Origin: an uncultured Clostridia bacterium
GTDB lineage: Bacteria > Bacillota > Clostridia > Oscillospirales > QAKW01
DNA: 64,000 nucleotides
Direction of reading: 5' to 3'
NCBI GenBank assembly: GCA_944387895.1
Contig: CALXGQ010000005.1
Location: forward strand, 12,365-76,364
Positions 20,159-29,478 of this stretch are shown here, one piece after another. The position numbers were made by a program, and so were the translations under genes. Position 1 is the stretch's first letter, and every line of letters starts with the position of its first letter. The notes under the pieces are model-generated. The model was not told the origin of the DNA. It ran no database searches and worked only from the letters and a program-made list of their open reading frames with translations.

Positions 20159-21269
20159 GAGCGCGGTAAAAAAGCAGCACCGGGAGCCGCTGTTTCATAT
20201 CGCCAAGCGCGACGATCTGGTCTGGTGGAAGGCCTGGCTGATCCGTCTGGCCGCGATATTGCTTGCCATGCTGCTGGTGGGTGTCATCTCGGTGATACTG
20301 ACCAAAGGAAATTTCTTTGAAACCTATCAGATCATGTTTATCGGCGCTTTTGGGCGGCTGGGCAGCTCAACCCGTCTGCTCTGGAAATTTTTCCAGAAGA
20401 CCGCCATTCTGCTCTGCCTTGCGCTGGCGGTAACGCCGGCATTCAAGATGCGGTTCTGGAACTGCGGCGCCGAGGGGCAGGCGCTGATCGGCGGGCTGGC
20501 CGCCGCCTTTGTGATGATGAAGCTGGGGGATCAGCTTCCCTATCCGGTTCTGATCCTGATCATCGTCGTGGCGAGCATTCTGGCCGGCGCGGTATGGGGG
20601 ACGATCCCGGCGCTTTTCAAGGCGGCCTATAAGACCAACGAAACCCTCTTTACCCTGATGATGAACTATATCGCCATGCAGCTGGTATCGTATTATGCCT
20701 ATGTCAACGCCATTCCCGCCGGTTCCGGGCAGATTCAGTCGATCAGCACCGGGCATCTGCCTGTGATCGGGAACCAGCCGTATCTGCTGAATATCCTGGT
20801 GGTGGCGGTCATTACCGCCTTTATGCTGATCTATCTGAAATACAGCAAGCACGGCTACGAGATCTCGGTGGTGGGCGAGAGTCAGAATACCGCCCGGTAT
20901 ATCGGAATCAACGTCAAAAAGGTGATCATCCGGACGATGATGATCTCCGGCGCGATCTGTGGTGTTGCCGGCTGCCTGCTGGTGGCGGGCACCGACCATT
21001 CGATCAATGCCAATACCGTGGGCGGCCAGGGCTTCACGGCCATTATGGTTTCCTGGCTGGGTCAGTTCCATCCGCTGATCATGGTGATCATGTCGGCGCT
21101 GATCGTGTTTCTCAACAGCGGCGCCGCCAAGGTGGCAGACAGCTATTTTCTCAATAGCTCCTATGCGGATATCGTGGTCGGCATCGTGATCCTTTTTGTG
21201 GTCGGATGTGAATTTTTCATTCGTTATACCGTGAAATACCGGCATTTGCAGAGGGGGAAAAGCGCATGA
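20151..21269 (+). CDS. ABC transporter permease
   Basis: 372 aa polytopic membrane protein; overlaps ATPase stop. Confidence 0.85.
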   Translation: MNKSAVKKQHREPLFHIAKRDDLVWWKAWLIRLAAILLAMLLVGVISVILTKGNFFETYQIMFIGAFGRLGSSTRLLWKFFQKTAILLCLALAVTPAFKMRFWNCGAEGQALIGGLAAAFVMMKLGDQLPYPVLILIIVVASILAGAVWGTIPALFKAAYKTNETLFTLMMNYIAMQLVSYYAYVNAIPAGSGQIQSISTGHLPVIGNQPYLLNILVVAVITAFMLIYLKYSKHGYEISVVGESQNTARYIGINVKKVIIRTMMISGAICGVAGCLLVAGTDHSINANTVGGQGFTAIMVSWLGQFHPLIMVIMSALIVFLNSGAAKVADSYFLNSSYADIVVGIVILFVVGCEFFIRYTVKYRHLQRGKSA

Positions 21270-22255
21270 TCATCGCATTTATTCAACGGGCGATCCTGCT
21301 GGGCGTGCCGCTGCTCTACGGCTCGACCGGCGAGATTGTAACAGAAAAGTCCGGGCATCTGAACCTGGGCATCCCGGGCATCATGTATGTGGGCGGGATC
21401 AGCGGCGTCATCGGCGCCTTTCTCTATGAGCACGCCTGCGGCAACGACGTTGCCAATATGAATCCGTTCCTTGCGATTCTGATCCCGTTTCTGGCTTCGG
21501 TTGCGGGTTCGGTGCTGATGGGGCTGATCTATAGCTTTCTCACCGTTACGCTCCGCGCCAACCAGAACGTCACCGGCCTGGCGCTGACGACCTTCGGTAT
21601 CGGGATCGGCAACTTTTTCGGCGGCTCGCTGATCAAGCTGGTGGATAGCGAAATGCCCTCCATCGTGCTGACCAAGACCAGTAAATTTTATAGCAAAACC
21701 CTGCCTTTTGCCGATGATCTGGGCTGGTTCGGGGAGATCTTTCTCTCCTATGAATTTCTAACGTATATGGCGATCGCCATCGCCCTGATCGTGACCTTCG
21801 TGCTGAACCGGACGCGGATCGGGCTGAACCTGCGGGCGGTGGGCGAAGATCCCGCAACGGCCGATGCGGCAGGGATCAACGTCACCCGGTATAAGTATGG
21901 CGCCACCTGCATCGGCAGCGCCATTGCGGGGTTGGGCGGCCTTCAGTATGTGATGGTCTATACCGACGGCGTCTGGTCCAACGACGCCTTTGGCGACCGG
22001 GGCTGGCTGTCCATTGCGCTGGTGATTTTTGCGCTCTGGCGGCCGAATATGGCGATTTTCGGCGCGTTTCTCTTCGGCGCATTGTGCAACGCCCATAATT
22101 ATATCGACGGTCTGGGCGTGGCGACGCAGGAACTGTTCAAAATGCTCCCCTATGTGGTGACGATCGTTGTTTTGATCATCACCAGTATGCGCAAGAAGCG
22201 GGAGCATCAGCCGCCGGAGCATCTCGGCCTGCCCTATTTCCGGGAAGAACGCTGA
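21266..22255 (+). CDS. ABC transporter permease
   Basis: 329 aa polytopic membrane protein; overlaps preceding permease. Confidence 0.85.
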   Translation: MIIAFIQRAILLGVPLLYGSTGEIVTEKSGHLNLGIPGIMYVGGISGVIGAFLYEHACGNDVANMNPFLAILIPFLASVAGSVLMGLIYSFLTVTLRANQNVTGLALTTFGIGIGNFFGGSLIKLVDSEMPSIVLTKTSKFYSKTLPFADDLGWFGEIFLSYEFLTYMAIAIALIVTFVLNRTRIGLNLRAVGEDPATADAAGINVTRYKYGATCIGSAIAGLGGLQYVMVYTDGVWSNDAFGDRGWLSIALVIFALWRPNMAIFGAFLFGALCNAHNYIDGLGVATQELFKMLPYVVTIVVLIITSMRKKREHQPPEHLGLPYFREER

Positions 22256-22284
22256 TTTTGTAAAAAACCACTTTTCAAAAACCC

Positions 22285-22335
22285 AAAACTCTGCTATAAT
22301 ATTTGTTTGGAAGATATTATAGCAGAGTTTTTCAA
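22285..22335 (+). terminator. intrinsic terminator of the ABC operon
   Basis: 18-bp stem AAAACTCTGCTATAATAT / ATATTATAGCAGAGTTTT followed by T run. Confidence 0.8.
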
Positions 22336-22371
22336 CTGTAAAGAACCAATATCTGAAAGGAAAGCAGAAGC

Positions 22372-23769
22372 ATGAACTGTGACGTACTGATTATCGGCGC
22401 CGGCCCCGCCGGGATATTTGCCGCCCTGGAGATGATCCGAAAGGGAAGCAACCGGAAGATCGTCATCGTGGAAAAGGGTCTCCCGGTGGAAAAGCGGCGC
22501 TGCCCGAAAGCAAAGACCAAGAAGTGTGTCGGCTGCAAGCCTTATTGCCATATAACCACCGGATTTTCCGGCGCCGGCGCCTTTTCCGACGGTAAGCTTT
22601 CTCTGAGCGCCGATGTCGGAGGAGATCTGCCCACCCTGATCGGGGAGGAGCTGGCTCAGGCGACGATCGACTACGCCGATGAGATCTATCTGGAGTTTGG
22701 GGCGGATACCCATGTGGAAGGGCTGGGGGATCCCGAAGCGGTAAAGGAGATCCGCAAGCGGGCGATTCAGGCCGGGCTGAAGCTGGTAGACTGCCCGATC
22801 CGTCATCTGGGCACCGAAAAGGCGCAGGACATTTACTATGCCATCGAGCAGTATCTGCTGGAGCATGGCGTGGAGATGTATTTCAACCGGGAATGCACCA
22901 ATCTGATCATTGAGAATCAAACCTGCGTCGGCGGGTATATCAGCGACGGCAAAACGACGGAGGAAATCCGCGCCGGTCATACCATCGTAGCCACCGGCCG
23001 CCGGGGCGCCGAATGGCTGGAGCACCTTTGCACCGAGCACGGCATCGAGCATATGCCCGGCACGGTGGATATCGGCGTGCGGGTAGAGGTGCGCAACGAG
23101 ATCATGGAAACCGTCAATAAGGTGCTCTATGAATCCAAGCTGGTGGGCTATCCGCAGCCCTTCAAAAACAAGGTGCGTACCTTTTGCCAGAATCCCGGCG
23201 GATTTGTCAGCCAGGAGAACTACGATAACGATCTGGCGGTGGTCAACGGCCATTCCTATAAGCAGCTGAAGAGCGATAATACCAATTTGGCCATTCTGGT
23301 TTCCCATAACTTCAATACCCCCTTCAATCAGCCGATCGCCTATGCCCAGAAGGTGGGAGAGCTTTCCAATATGCTGGCAAACGGTCATATCCTTGTGCAG
23401 CGCTTCGGGGATATTCTGGACGGGAAACGAACCTGGCAGAAGGAGCTGGCGCAGTCGAACCTGAGGCCGACCCTTCCGGACGCGGTTCCGGGCGATATCA
23501 CGGCGGCGATCCCCTACCGGGCCATGATGAACATCATCAATTTCATCCAGGCGCTGGATCATGTGGTTCCGGGCTTTGCGTCGACGGAAACGCTGCTCTA
23601 TTCTCCGGAGCTGAAGTTCTATAGCAACCGTGTCACCATGGACGCCAATTTCAATACCAGCGTGCGCGGCCTTCATTGTCTGGGGGATTCCAGCGGCTGG
23701 ACCCGCGGCCTGATGATGGCTTCGGTCATGGGCGTTCTGATGGGGCGCAAGCTGGCGGAAGAGGAGTAA
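22372..23769 (+). CDS. FAD-dependent oxidoreductase (COG2509-like)
   Basis: 465 aa; Rossmann DVLIIGAGPAGIFAA at N-terminus. Confidence 0.75.
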   Translation: MNCDVLIIGAGPAGIFAALEMIRKGSNRKIVIVEKGLPVEKRRCPKAKTKKCVGCKPYCHITTGFSGAGAFSDGKLSLSADVGGDLPTLIGEELAQATIDYADEIYLEFGADTHVEGLGDPEAVKEIRKRAIQAGLKLVDCPIRHLGTEKAQDIYYAIEQYLLEHGVEMYFNRECTNLIIENQTCVGGYISDGKTTEEIRAGHTIVATGRRGAEWLEHLCTEHGIEHMPGTVDIGVRVEVRNEIMETVNKVLYESKLVGYPQPFKNKVRTFCQNPGGFVSQENYDNDLAVVNGHSYKQLKSDNTNLAILVSHNFNTPFNQPIAYAQKVGELSNMLANGHILVQRFGDILDGKRTWQKELAQSNLRPTLPDAVPGDITAAIPYRAMMNIINFIQALDHVVPGFASTETLLYSPELKFYSNRVTMDANFNTSVRGLHCLGDSSGWTRGLMMASVMGVLMGRKLAEEE

Positions 23770-23807
23770 TGGCGGAAGCCTGAGCAGAGGAAGGGAGCAA
23801 TGGAACG

Positions 23808-24479
23808 ATGATCGAAGCAAGAGTAGAATCGCTGTTTGACCTGAGCCATACCGCCGCCCGGCCACTTCTGGAGCGGGTGGAATATCCGTGGCAGGCTCTT
23901 GCCGGGATCGGCGGGTTCATTTTGGAGCTGGGCGCCGGCCTGCCGGCCGGGGAATACGATCATCCGGCCGAAACGGTATGGATCCATAAAACCGCCCGGG
24001 TCGCCCCCACTGCCTTTATCGGCGAGCGGGTGATCATCGGGGCGGAAGCGGAAGTGCGCCACTGCGCTTTTATCCGGGGCAGTGCTCTGGTGGGCGCCGG
24101 GGCGGTGGTGGGCAACTCCACCGAGCTGAAAAATGTCATTTTGTTCGATGGCGTTCAGGTTCCGCATTATAATTATGTGGGGGACTCCATTTTGGGCTAT
24201 AAGGCGCATATGGGCGCCGGAGCCATTACGTCAAACGTCAAGAGCGATAAGACTCCGGTGGTGATCCGGAGCGCCACCGGCAGGATGGAAACCGGGCTGA
24301 AAAAGATCGGCGCCATGCTGGGTGATCTGGTAGAAATCGGCTGCGGCAGCGTGCTCAATCCCGGAACGGTGGTCGGAAGGGAAAGCAGCGTCTATCCGCT
24401 TTCGGCGGTGCGGGGGGTGATCCCGCCCCGCTCCATCTATAAAAAACAGGGCGAAATCGCCGAAAAAAAGGCCCGGTAA
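23808..24479 (+). CDS. hexapeptide-repeat (left-handed beta-helix) transferase-like protein, GlmU C-terminal-domain-like
   Basis: 223 aa; serial [LIV]-G-x4 hexapeptides (IGERVIIGAEAEV, VGAGAVVGNSTEL, IGCGSVLNPGTVVG). Confidence 0.65.
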   Translation: MIEARVESLFDLSHTAARPLLERVEYPWQALAGIGGFILELGAGLPAGEYDHPAETVWIHKTARVAPTAFIGERVIIGAEAEVRHCAFIRGSALVGAGAVVGNSTELKNVILFDGVQVPHYNYVGDSILGYKAHMGAGAITSNVKSDKTPVVIRSATGRMETGLKKIGAMLGDLVEIGCGSVLNPGTVVGRESSVYPLSAVRGVIPPRSIYKKQGEIAEKKAR

Positions 24480-24540
24480 GAACCCGGGCGGCCATGAACC
24501 GTTTTGTGTTATTTTATTTTTATAAAGGGAGGAAGGATTT

Positions 24541-25221
24541 ATGCAGTACAAAATTATTGGAGAGCCGCTGAGCGCAGTAATCTGCGATCTGGCGGAAGGG
24601 GAGTCCATGATCACCGAGCGGGGCAGCATGAGCTGGATGAGCGCAAACATGAAGATGGAAACCACCAGCAACGGCGGGATCGGCAAGGCGCTGGGCCGGA
24701 TGTTTGCAGGGGAGGCGATTTTTCAGAACCGCTATACCGCCATGGGCGGCCCGGGCCAGATTACCTTCGCCGCCAGCTTTCCCGGCTCCATTCAGGCCTT
24801 TGAGATCCAGCCGGGCAGGGAGCTCGTTGTGCAGAAAAGAGGCTTTCTGGCCGGGGAATCCGGCGTAGAGCTTTCGGTTTTCTTCCAGAAGAAGTTCGGG
24901 GCGGGTCTTTTCGGCGGAGAAGGCTTCATCATGCAAAAGCTTTCCGGCCATGGCACCGCTTTTGTGGAGATCGATGGATCCACCTGTGAATATCAGCTGG
25001 AGGCCGGGCAGACGATGATCGTGGATACCGGCTATCTGGCGGCGATGGATGCCACCTGCTCCATGGAGCTGGTGCAGGTTCCCGGCGTCAAGAATATCGT
25101 GTTCGGCGGGGAAGGACTTTTCAATACGGTCGTCCGCGGCCCTGGAAAGGTCATTCTTCAGACAATGCCGATCAGCGCCGTCGCCGGCGCCATCCGCCCG
25201 TTCATTCCCACGTCGAAATGA
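24541..25221 (+). CDS. AIM24 / TIGR00266 family protein
   Basis: 226 aa; start MQYKIIGEPLSAVICDLAEGESMITERGSMSWMS is typical of this family. Confidence 0.75.
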   Translation: MQYKIIGEPLSAVICDLAEGESMITERGSMSWMSANMKMETTSNGGIGKALGRMFAGEAIFQNRYTAMGGPGQITFAASFPGSIQAFEIQPGRELVVQKRGFLAGESGVELSVFFQKKFGAGLFGGEGFIMQKLSGHGTAFVEIDGSTCEYQLEAGQTMIVDTGYLAAMDATCSMELVQVPGVKNIVFGGEGLFNTVVRGPGKVILQTMPISAVAGAIRPFIPTSK

Positions 25222-25262
25222 GCGGAAGGCCCGGAAGGGCGCGGCAAAAAAGAGCATCAAAA

Positions 25263-25299
25263 AGCGCGTTGACCCGCTGGGTCAACGCGCTGATTTTTT
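25263..25299. terminator. bidirectional terminator between convergent genes
   Basis: AGCGCGTTGACC-loop-GGTCAACGCGCT with AAAAA before and TTTTTT after. Confidence 0.8.
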
Positions 25300-25302
25300 A
25301 TG

Positions 25303-25725
25303 CTACAGGTCGTTCTCCGTGAGGACGGCGATGCCGTTTTCCTTCAGCAGCGCCGCGGCGATCCCGTCCCCGGCGGTCAGGTGGCCGGAAAAGGAGCCGT
25401 CGTAGATTCGGCCGCAGCCGCAGGCGGGGCTTTTCGCCTTCAGAACGGCGGTTTTGCAGCCCAGAATGCGGCAGAGCCGCAGCGCCTCCGCGGCGCCCTT
25501 GCGGTATGCGGCGGTCACGTCCGCTCCCCGGCAGTTGATTACCCGGCCGTCCCGGCACTCGGCGGGCGGGCGGGGGGTAGGCAGCCCGCCGAAGATCTCC
25601 GGACAAAAGGGGATCAACGTCTTGCTTTCCGCCAGCTTCAGAACCTTTTCACAGGGCTTGGAGCAGCCGTCGTAGCGGCAGGAAAGCCCCAGCAGGCAGG
25701 CGCTGACCAAAACCGGATCCCTCAT
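25303..25725 (-). CDS. DUF523 (YbbK/TudS-like) family protein
   Basis: 140 aa; VLVSACLLGLSCRYDG Cys-rich N-terminus characteristic of DUF523. Confidence 0.75.
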   Translation of the reverse strand: MRDPVLVSACLLGLSCRYDGCSKPCEKVLKLAESKTLIPFCPEIFGGLPTPRPPAECRDGRVINCRGADVTAAYRKGAAEALRLCRILGCKTAVLKAKSPACGCGRIYDGSFSGHLTAGDGIAAALLKENGIAVLTENDL

Positions 25726-26795
25726 GCTGCGGCAACGCTGTTTTCCACCACCAGATCAACGGCGTAGTCCAGAACCACCTGATTCCGGATGGCGTCCTCG
25801 CCCACAGCTTCAATATATTGATCGGTGCTGGAATATCCGGCGGCCGCGGCGTATTCCTCTACTGCCGCCGTATAATCCTCTTCGGTAACGGTATAGCCCT
25901 CGGCCTTGGCGATGGCATAGGCCGTCAGCTGGCTTTTGACGATGGATTCGGCATATTGCGCCGTCCGCGATTCAAAGGAGGTGGTGGTGATGTTGTTTGC
26001 GGTGAGGAAATCTTCCAGATTATCATAGCTGTATTGGGACGCCACCGTGGTATAGTAGTTCACAAATTCCTCCTCGGCCTGCGCCAAAAGCTTTTCGGGC
26101 AGCTCGCCGGTAAAGGTCGCGTTTTCGATCGTCTTGTTCCAGAGAATGCTCTGGATATCGGATTCTGCGTCGGACTGGTTGGATTCCTCCAGCTCTTTGG
26201 TGAGCTCCGCAAGGTATTCCTCCGCGGTGTTCAGCTCGGAGTTGAGGGTATTGGCCAGCTCGTCGGTCAGCGTGGGATAGGTGACCCGCTCCGTGACGGA
26301 GTTGACCGTCACTTCAAAGACCACCGCCTGCCCTGCCAGCTCCTCGCTGCCGTAGTTTTCCGGGAAGGTCAGGTTCAGATCAACGGTATCGCCGATGGCA
26401 ACCCCCACCAGGCCTTCTTCAAAGCCGTCGATGAAGGAGCCGCTGCCGATGGTCAAAGACTGGCCGGTGGCGGAACCGCCGTCGAAAGCGACCCCGTCCT
26501 TGGTTCCCGTGTAGTCGATGTTGACGGTATCGCCGATCTGAACGGTGCCTTCGGTGATGGTGGTATCCTCCTCCGAATAGGTGGCGTAGCCGGAATCGCT
26601 GAGCTTTTCGTTGAGGGCGACGGTGAGATCATAGTCTGAAACAGAGGTATCGATGGCCGTATAGGTCAGCCCCTTATAGTCGCCCAGCGTGAGGTATTGG
26701 GCGGGATCCGCCTTTTCATAGGTAGCGGGGCCGCCGCAGGCGGTAAGGGACAGCGTTCCGGCAAGCAGCAGGCCGGCCAACAGCATTTTTTTCAT
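25722..26795 (-). CDS. trigger-factor-like FKBP-type peptidyl-prolyl isomerase lipoprotein
   Basis: 357 aa; lipobox LSLTAC-G; FKBP/TF PPIase core GDTVNIDYTGTKDGVAFDGGSATGQSLTIGSGSFIDGFEEGLVG; TF-like helical C-terminus. Confidence 0.7.
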   Translation of the reverse strand: MKKMLLAGLLLAGTLSLTACGGPATYEKADPAQYLTLGDYKGLTYTAIDTSVSDYDLTVALNEKLSDSGYATYSEEDTTITEGTVQIGDTVNIDYTGTKDGVAFDGGSATGQSLTIGSGSFIDGFEEGLVGVAIGDTVDLNLTFPENYGSEELAGQAVVFEVTVNSVTERVTYPTLTDELANTLNSELNTAEEYLAELTKELEESNQSDAESDIQSILWNKTIENATFTGELPEKLLAQAEEEFVNYYTTVASQYSYDNLEDFLTANNITTTSFESRTAQYAESIVKSQLTAYAIAKAEGYTVTEEDYTAAVEEYAAAAGYSSTDQYIEAVGEDAIRNQVVLDYAVDLVVENSVAAA

Positions 26796-27523
26796 GGGTT
26801 CAGTTCTCCTTTTAATTGATTTACCGTTTTTTGGATTTGTTCATGCACCAGATCCGGCAGAGCGGCCTGCTGGTCTTTGGTAAGACCGGCCGTTGGAACG
26901 GGCGGAAGGACCTGAAGGATCACGCGGGCAGGCTTCAGCCGCCCGTGGTTCCCCTCAAAAAGCCGGTAGGTGCCTTCGATGGCCACCGGGAGCACCGGAG
27001 CGCCTGCGCGCGTTGCCATCTTGAAGGAGCCGCCCTTGAAGCTTTTGATCTCGCCGCCGAAATTGCGGGTCCCCTCCGGCGCGATGGTCACGTTGACGCC
27101 GGACTCCAGCAGCTCTGCGCCTTTTTTGATGCAGAGCAGCCCGGCCCGGGGGGAGGAGCGATCGATAAAAATACAGTGCCCGGCCTTCATCCAGGCGCTG
27201 AGCAGGGGCGTTTTTTCCAGCTCTTTTTTTGCGACCATGGACTGGGTGTTGGGCATATGAGCGATCAGGGGGAAGGCGTCCAGCAGGCTCTGATGGTTAT
27301 AGACGGTCAGCGTCGCCTCCGGGGGGATGTTTTCCAGCCCCCGCACCTCCAGCTTCATGCCCATCACCTTGATGCAGCGCCTGCAAAATCCAACGATTTT
27401 TTTTCTGCAATAAGCTTCGTGCTTTTGCGGATTTTTTTCCAAAAGCTTTGCGTGGAGCAGCCATGGCAGCGAAACCACCAGATACCCGGCCACATATAAA
27501 GCCATGCCGATGGTACGCAGCAT
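26792..27523 (-). CDS. plsC: 1-acyl-sn-glycerol-3-phosphate acyltransferase
   Basis: 243 aa; HX4D motif NHQSLLD and PEGTR motif; N-terminal TM. Confidence 0.85.
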   Translation of the reverse strand: MLRTIGMALYVAGYLVVSLPWLLHAKLLEKNPQKHEAYCRKKIVGFCRRCIKVMGMKLEVRGLENIPPEATLTVYNHQSLLDAFPLIAHMPNTQSMVAKKELEKTPLLSAWMKAGHCIFIDRSSPRAGLLCIKKGAELLESGVNVTIAPEGTRNFGGEIKSFKGGSFKMATRAGAPVLPVAIEGTYRLFEGNHGRLKPARVILQVLPPVPTAGLTKDQQAALPDLVHEQIQKTVNQLKGELNP

Positions 27524-27680
27524 GGATCCATCGCCTCCTTCGTTACGAACGATTTTTTAACAGTATAGCATATTTTTTTATTTACGTCAACGAAAGAGCG
27601 GCAAAGGGGGTTGTATTTTTGCGGGATTTTCATTATAATAGAGAAAAATTTACGAAATCTTAACAAAGGAGCAGGAAAGA

Positions 27681-28145
27681 ATGTCTTGGGAAAAAGCATA
27701 TGACTATCTGAAAGAACGGGGAATGGAATCCCGCGCCGTGCAGTTTGAGGTTTCCTCCGCCACGGTGGCGCTGGCGGCGGAGGCGCTGGGGTGCGCGGAA
27801 TCGCATATCGCCAAAACGCTGTCCTTTGAAATGGGGGAGGGCTGCGTTCTGGTGGTGGCGGCCGGGGATTGCAAAATCGATAACCGCGCCTTCAAGGATC
27901 GGTTCGGCGTGAAGCCGCGGATGCTTTCTCCCGACCGGGTGGAGGAGGAAACCGGATATCAGGTGGGCGGCGTATGTCCTTTTGGCGTGAACTGCCCGGT
28001 ATATATCGATGAATCGGTTCGCCGCTTTGAAACGGTTTATCCCGCCTGTGGAACCGCCAGCAGCGCGGTGAAGCTTTCGCCGGAGGAGCTGTTTTCCCTT
28101 TCCGGCGCGGCGGGTTGGGTCGCCGTGACCCGGGAAAAGGAATAA
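27681..28145 (+). CDS. YbaK/EbsC-type aminoacyl-tRNA editing domain protein
   Basis: 154 aa; IAKTLSF...GYQVGGVCPFG pattern of YbaK/ProX family. Confidence 0.75.
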   Translation: MSWEKAYDYLKERGMESRAVQFEVSSATVALAAEALGCAESHIAKTLSFEMGEGCVLVVAAGDCKIDNRAFKDRFGVKPRMLSPDRVEEETGYQVGGVCPFGVNCPVYIDESVRRFETVYPACGTASSAVKLSPEELFSLSGAAGWVAVTREKE

Positions 28146-28343
28146 CCCCAGAGAAGAATCCATAAAAAAAATAAAGCAACGGGCTGCTTTTTGTGTCTTT
28201 CGCTGATTTTTTTGCCGCGCCGGCGAATTTTTTTCTTTTTTCTTGCTTTTCCGGATCGTATGTGGTATTCTGTATCTATTGCAAGGGCGTTTGTCTTTGG
28301 CAGAAAGACATTTTTAAAAAATGTTCACAACAGGAGTGAAAGA

Positions 28344-29471
28344 ATGGTAATAGGAATGATGGGCTTCGGGACAATCGGAGTCGGGGTATACGAACTGATG
28401 CGGGATCAGAAGGATCTGGAGATGCGGTATGTGCTGGATATCCGGGATATCGGGATCCCGGAGGCGACCCGCCGGGCGGAGGATCTATGGGAAGATCCCG
28501 AGGTGGAAACGGTCATCGAGGTGATGGGCGGCCTGCATCCGGCCTATGAGTTTGTAACAGCGGCGCTGCGCGCCGGGAAAAATGTGGTAACGGCCAATAA
28601 ATATCTGGTAGCGACCTACTATGATGAGCTTTTGGCGCTGGCGGCGGAGCATGGCGCCGCATTCCGGTGCACAGCCGCCGTGGGCGGCGGGATCGGCTGG
28701 CTGACTGCGCTGGAGCGGGTGCGGCGGCTGGAGCCGGTGGTGGCGCTGGAAGGGATCATGAACGGAACGACGAATTATATCCTGGCCAATATGACCCAGG
28801 GCGGGCTGTCCTTTGAAACGGCGCTGTCCGAGGCTCAGGCGCTGGGCTATGCCGAGGCGGATCCCTCGGCCGATATCGACGGGCTGGATATCATGCATAA
28901 GGTTCTCCTTTCCGCCAATGTAGCCTTTGACGTTTCTCTGCCCGCCGGCGAGATCCCCACCTTCGGCATCCGCAACGTCACCGACGATGACGTATGGAAT
29001 TTCAAAAGCCGCGGGCTGGTCTGTAAAATGCTGGGGAACGCTCGTCTGGAGGGGGAAAAGGTGGCGGTATATGTGCAGCCGACGCTGCTGCCGGAGCTTT
29101 CGCTTACCGCTTCGGTGCCCGCCAATTTCAATCTGATCACCTATGAAACGGAATATACGGGAAGGATGAGCTTTTACGGTCAGGGCGCAGGCCGGTACCC
29201 GACGGCCGCCAATGTGGTGCAGGACTGCCTGGATCTGGCGGGCGGGGTCAAAAGCTTTTATTCCGGCCGGGCGCGCCGGGTTCCGGTGTCCAACGAGATT
29301 GCGCATTACCGCTATTATCTGCGCACCTGCAGCGCCAAAAAGGACGCTGTTCAGGAGGAGCAGTGGGGCGACGCTTCGGTCACGCGGCTGATGAGCGTGG
29401 CGGAGATGAAAAAATTATACGACGAGATTCTGCCGGAGGACCCGAAGGTCTTTGCGGCGGCGATCGGATGA
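28344..29471 (+). CDS. hom: homoserine dehydrogenase
   Basis: Start at MVIGMMGFGTIGVGV (ATG 28344 behind AGGAG); NGTTNYIL, ADPSADIDGLD motifs; ORF-track start 28191 rejected. Confidence 0.85.
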   Translation: MVIGMMGFGTIGVGVYELMRDQKDLEMRYVLDIRDIGIPEATRRAEDLWEDPEVETVIEVMGGLHPAYEFVTAALRAGKNVVTANKYLVATYYDELLALAAEHGAAFRCTAAVGGGIGWLTALERVRRLEPVVALEGIMNGTTNYILANMTQGGLSFETALSEAQALGYAEADPSADIDGLDIMHKVLLSANVAFDVSLPAGEIPTFGIRNVTDDDVWNFKSRGLVCKMLGNARLEGEKVAVYVQPTLLPELSLTASVPANFNLITYETEYTGRMSFYGQGAGRYPTAANVVQDCLDLAGGVKSFYSGRARRVPVSNEIAHYRYYLRTCSAKKDAVQEEQWGDASVTRLMSVAEMKKLYDEILPEDPKVFAAAIG

Positions 29472-29478
29472 GGTTTTT

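Noticed and set aside
28146-28343. Lysine riboswitch or T-box upstream of hom-lysC-asd
   Set aside because: The leader is under 200 nt and shows none of the conserved L-box or T-box sequence blocks. The only features are a possible promoter and a small hairpin, TGTCTTT-GGCAG-AAAGACA plus T run (28292-28315).
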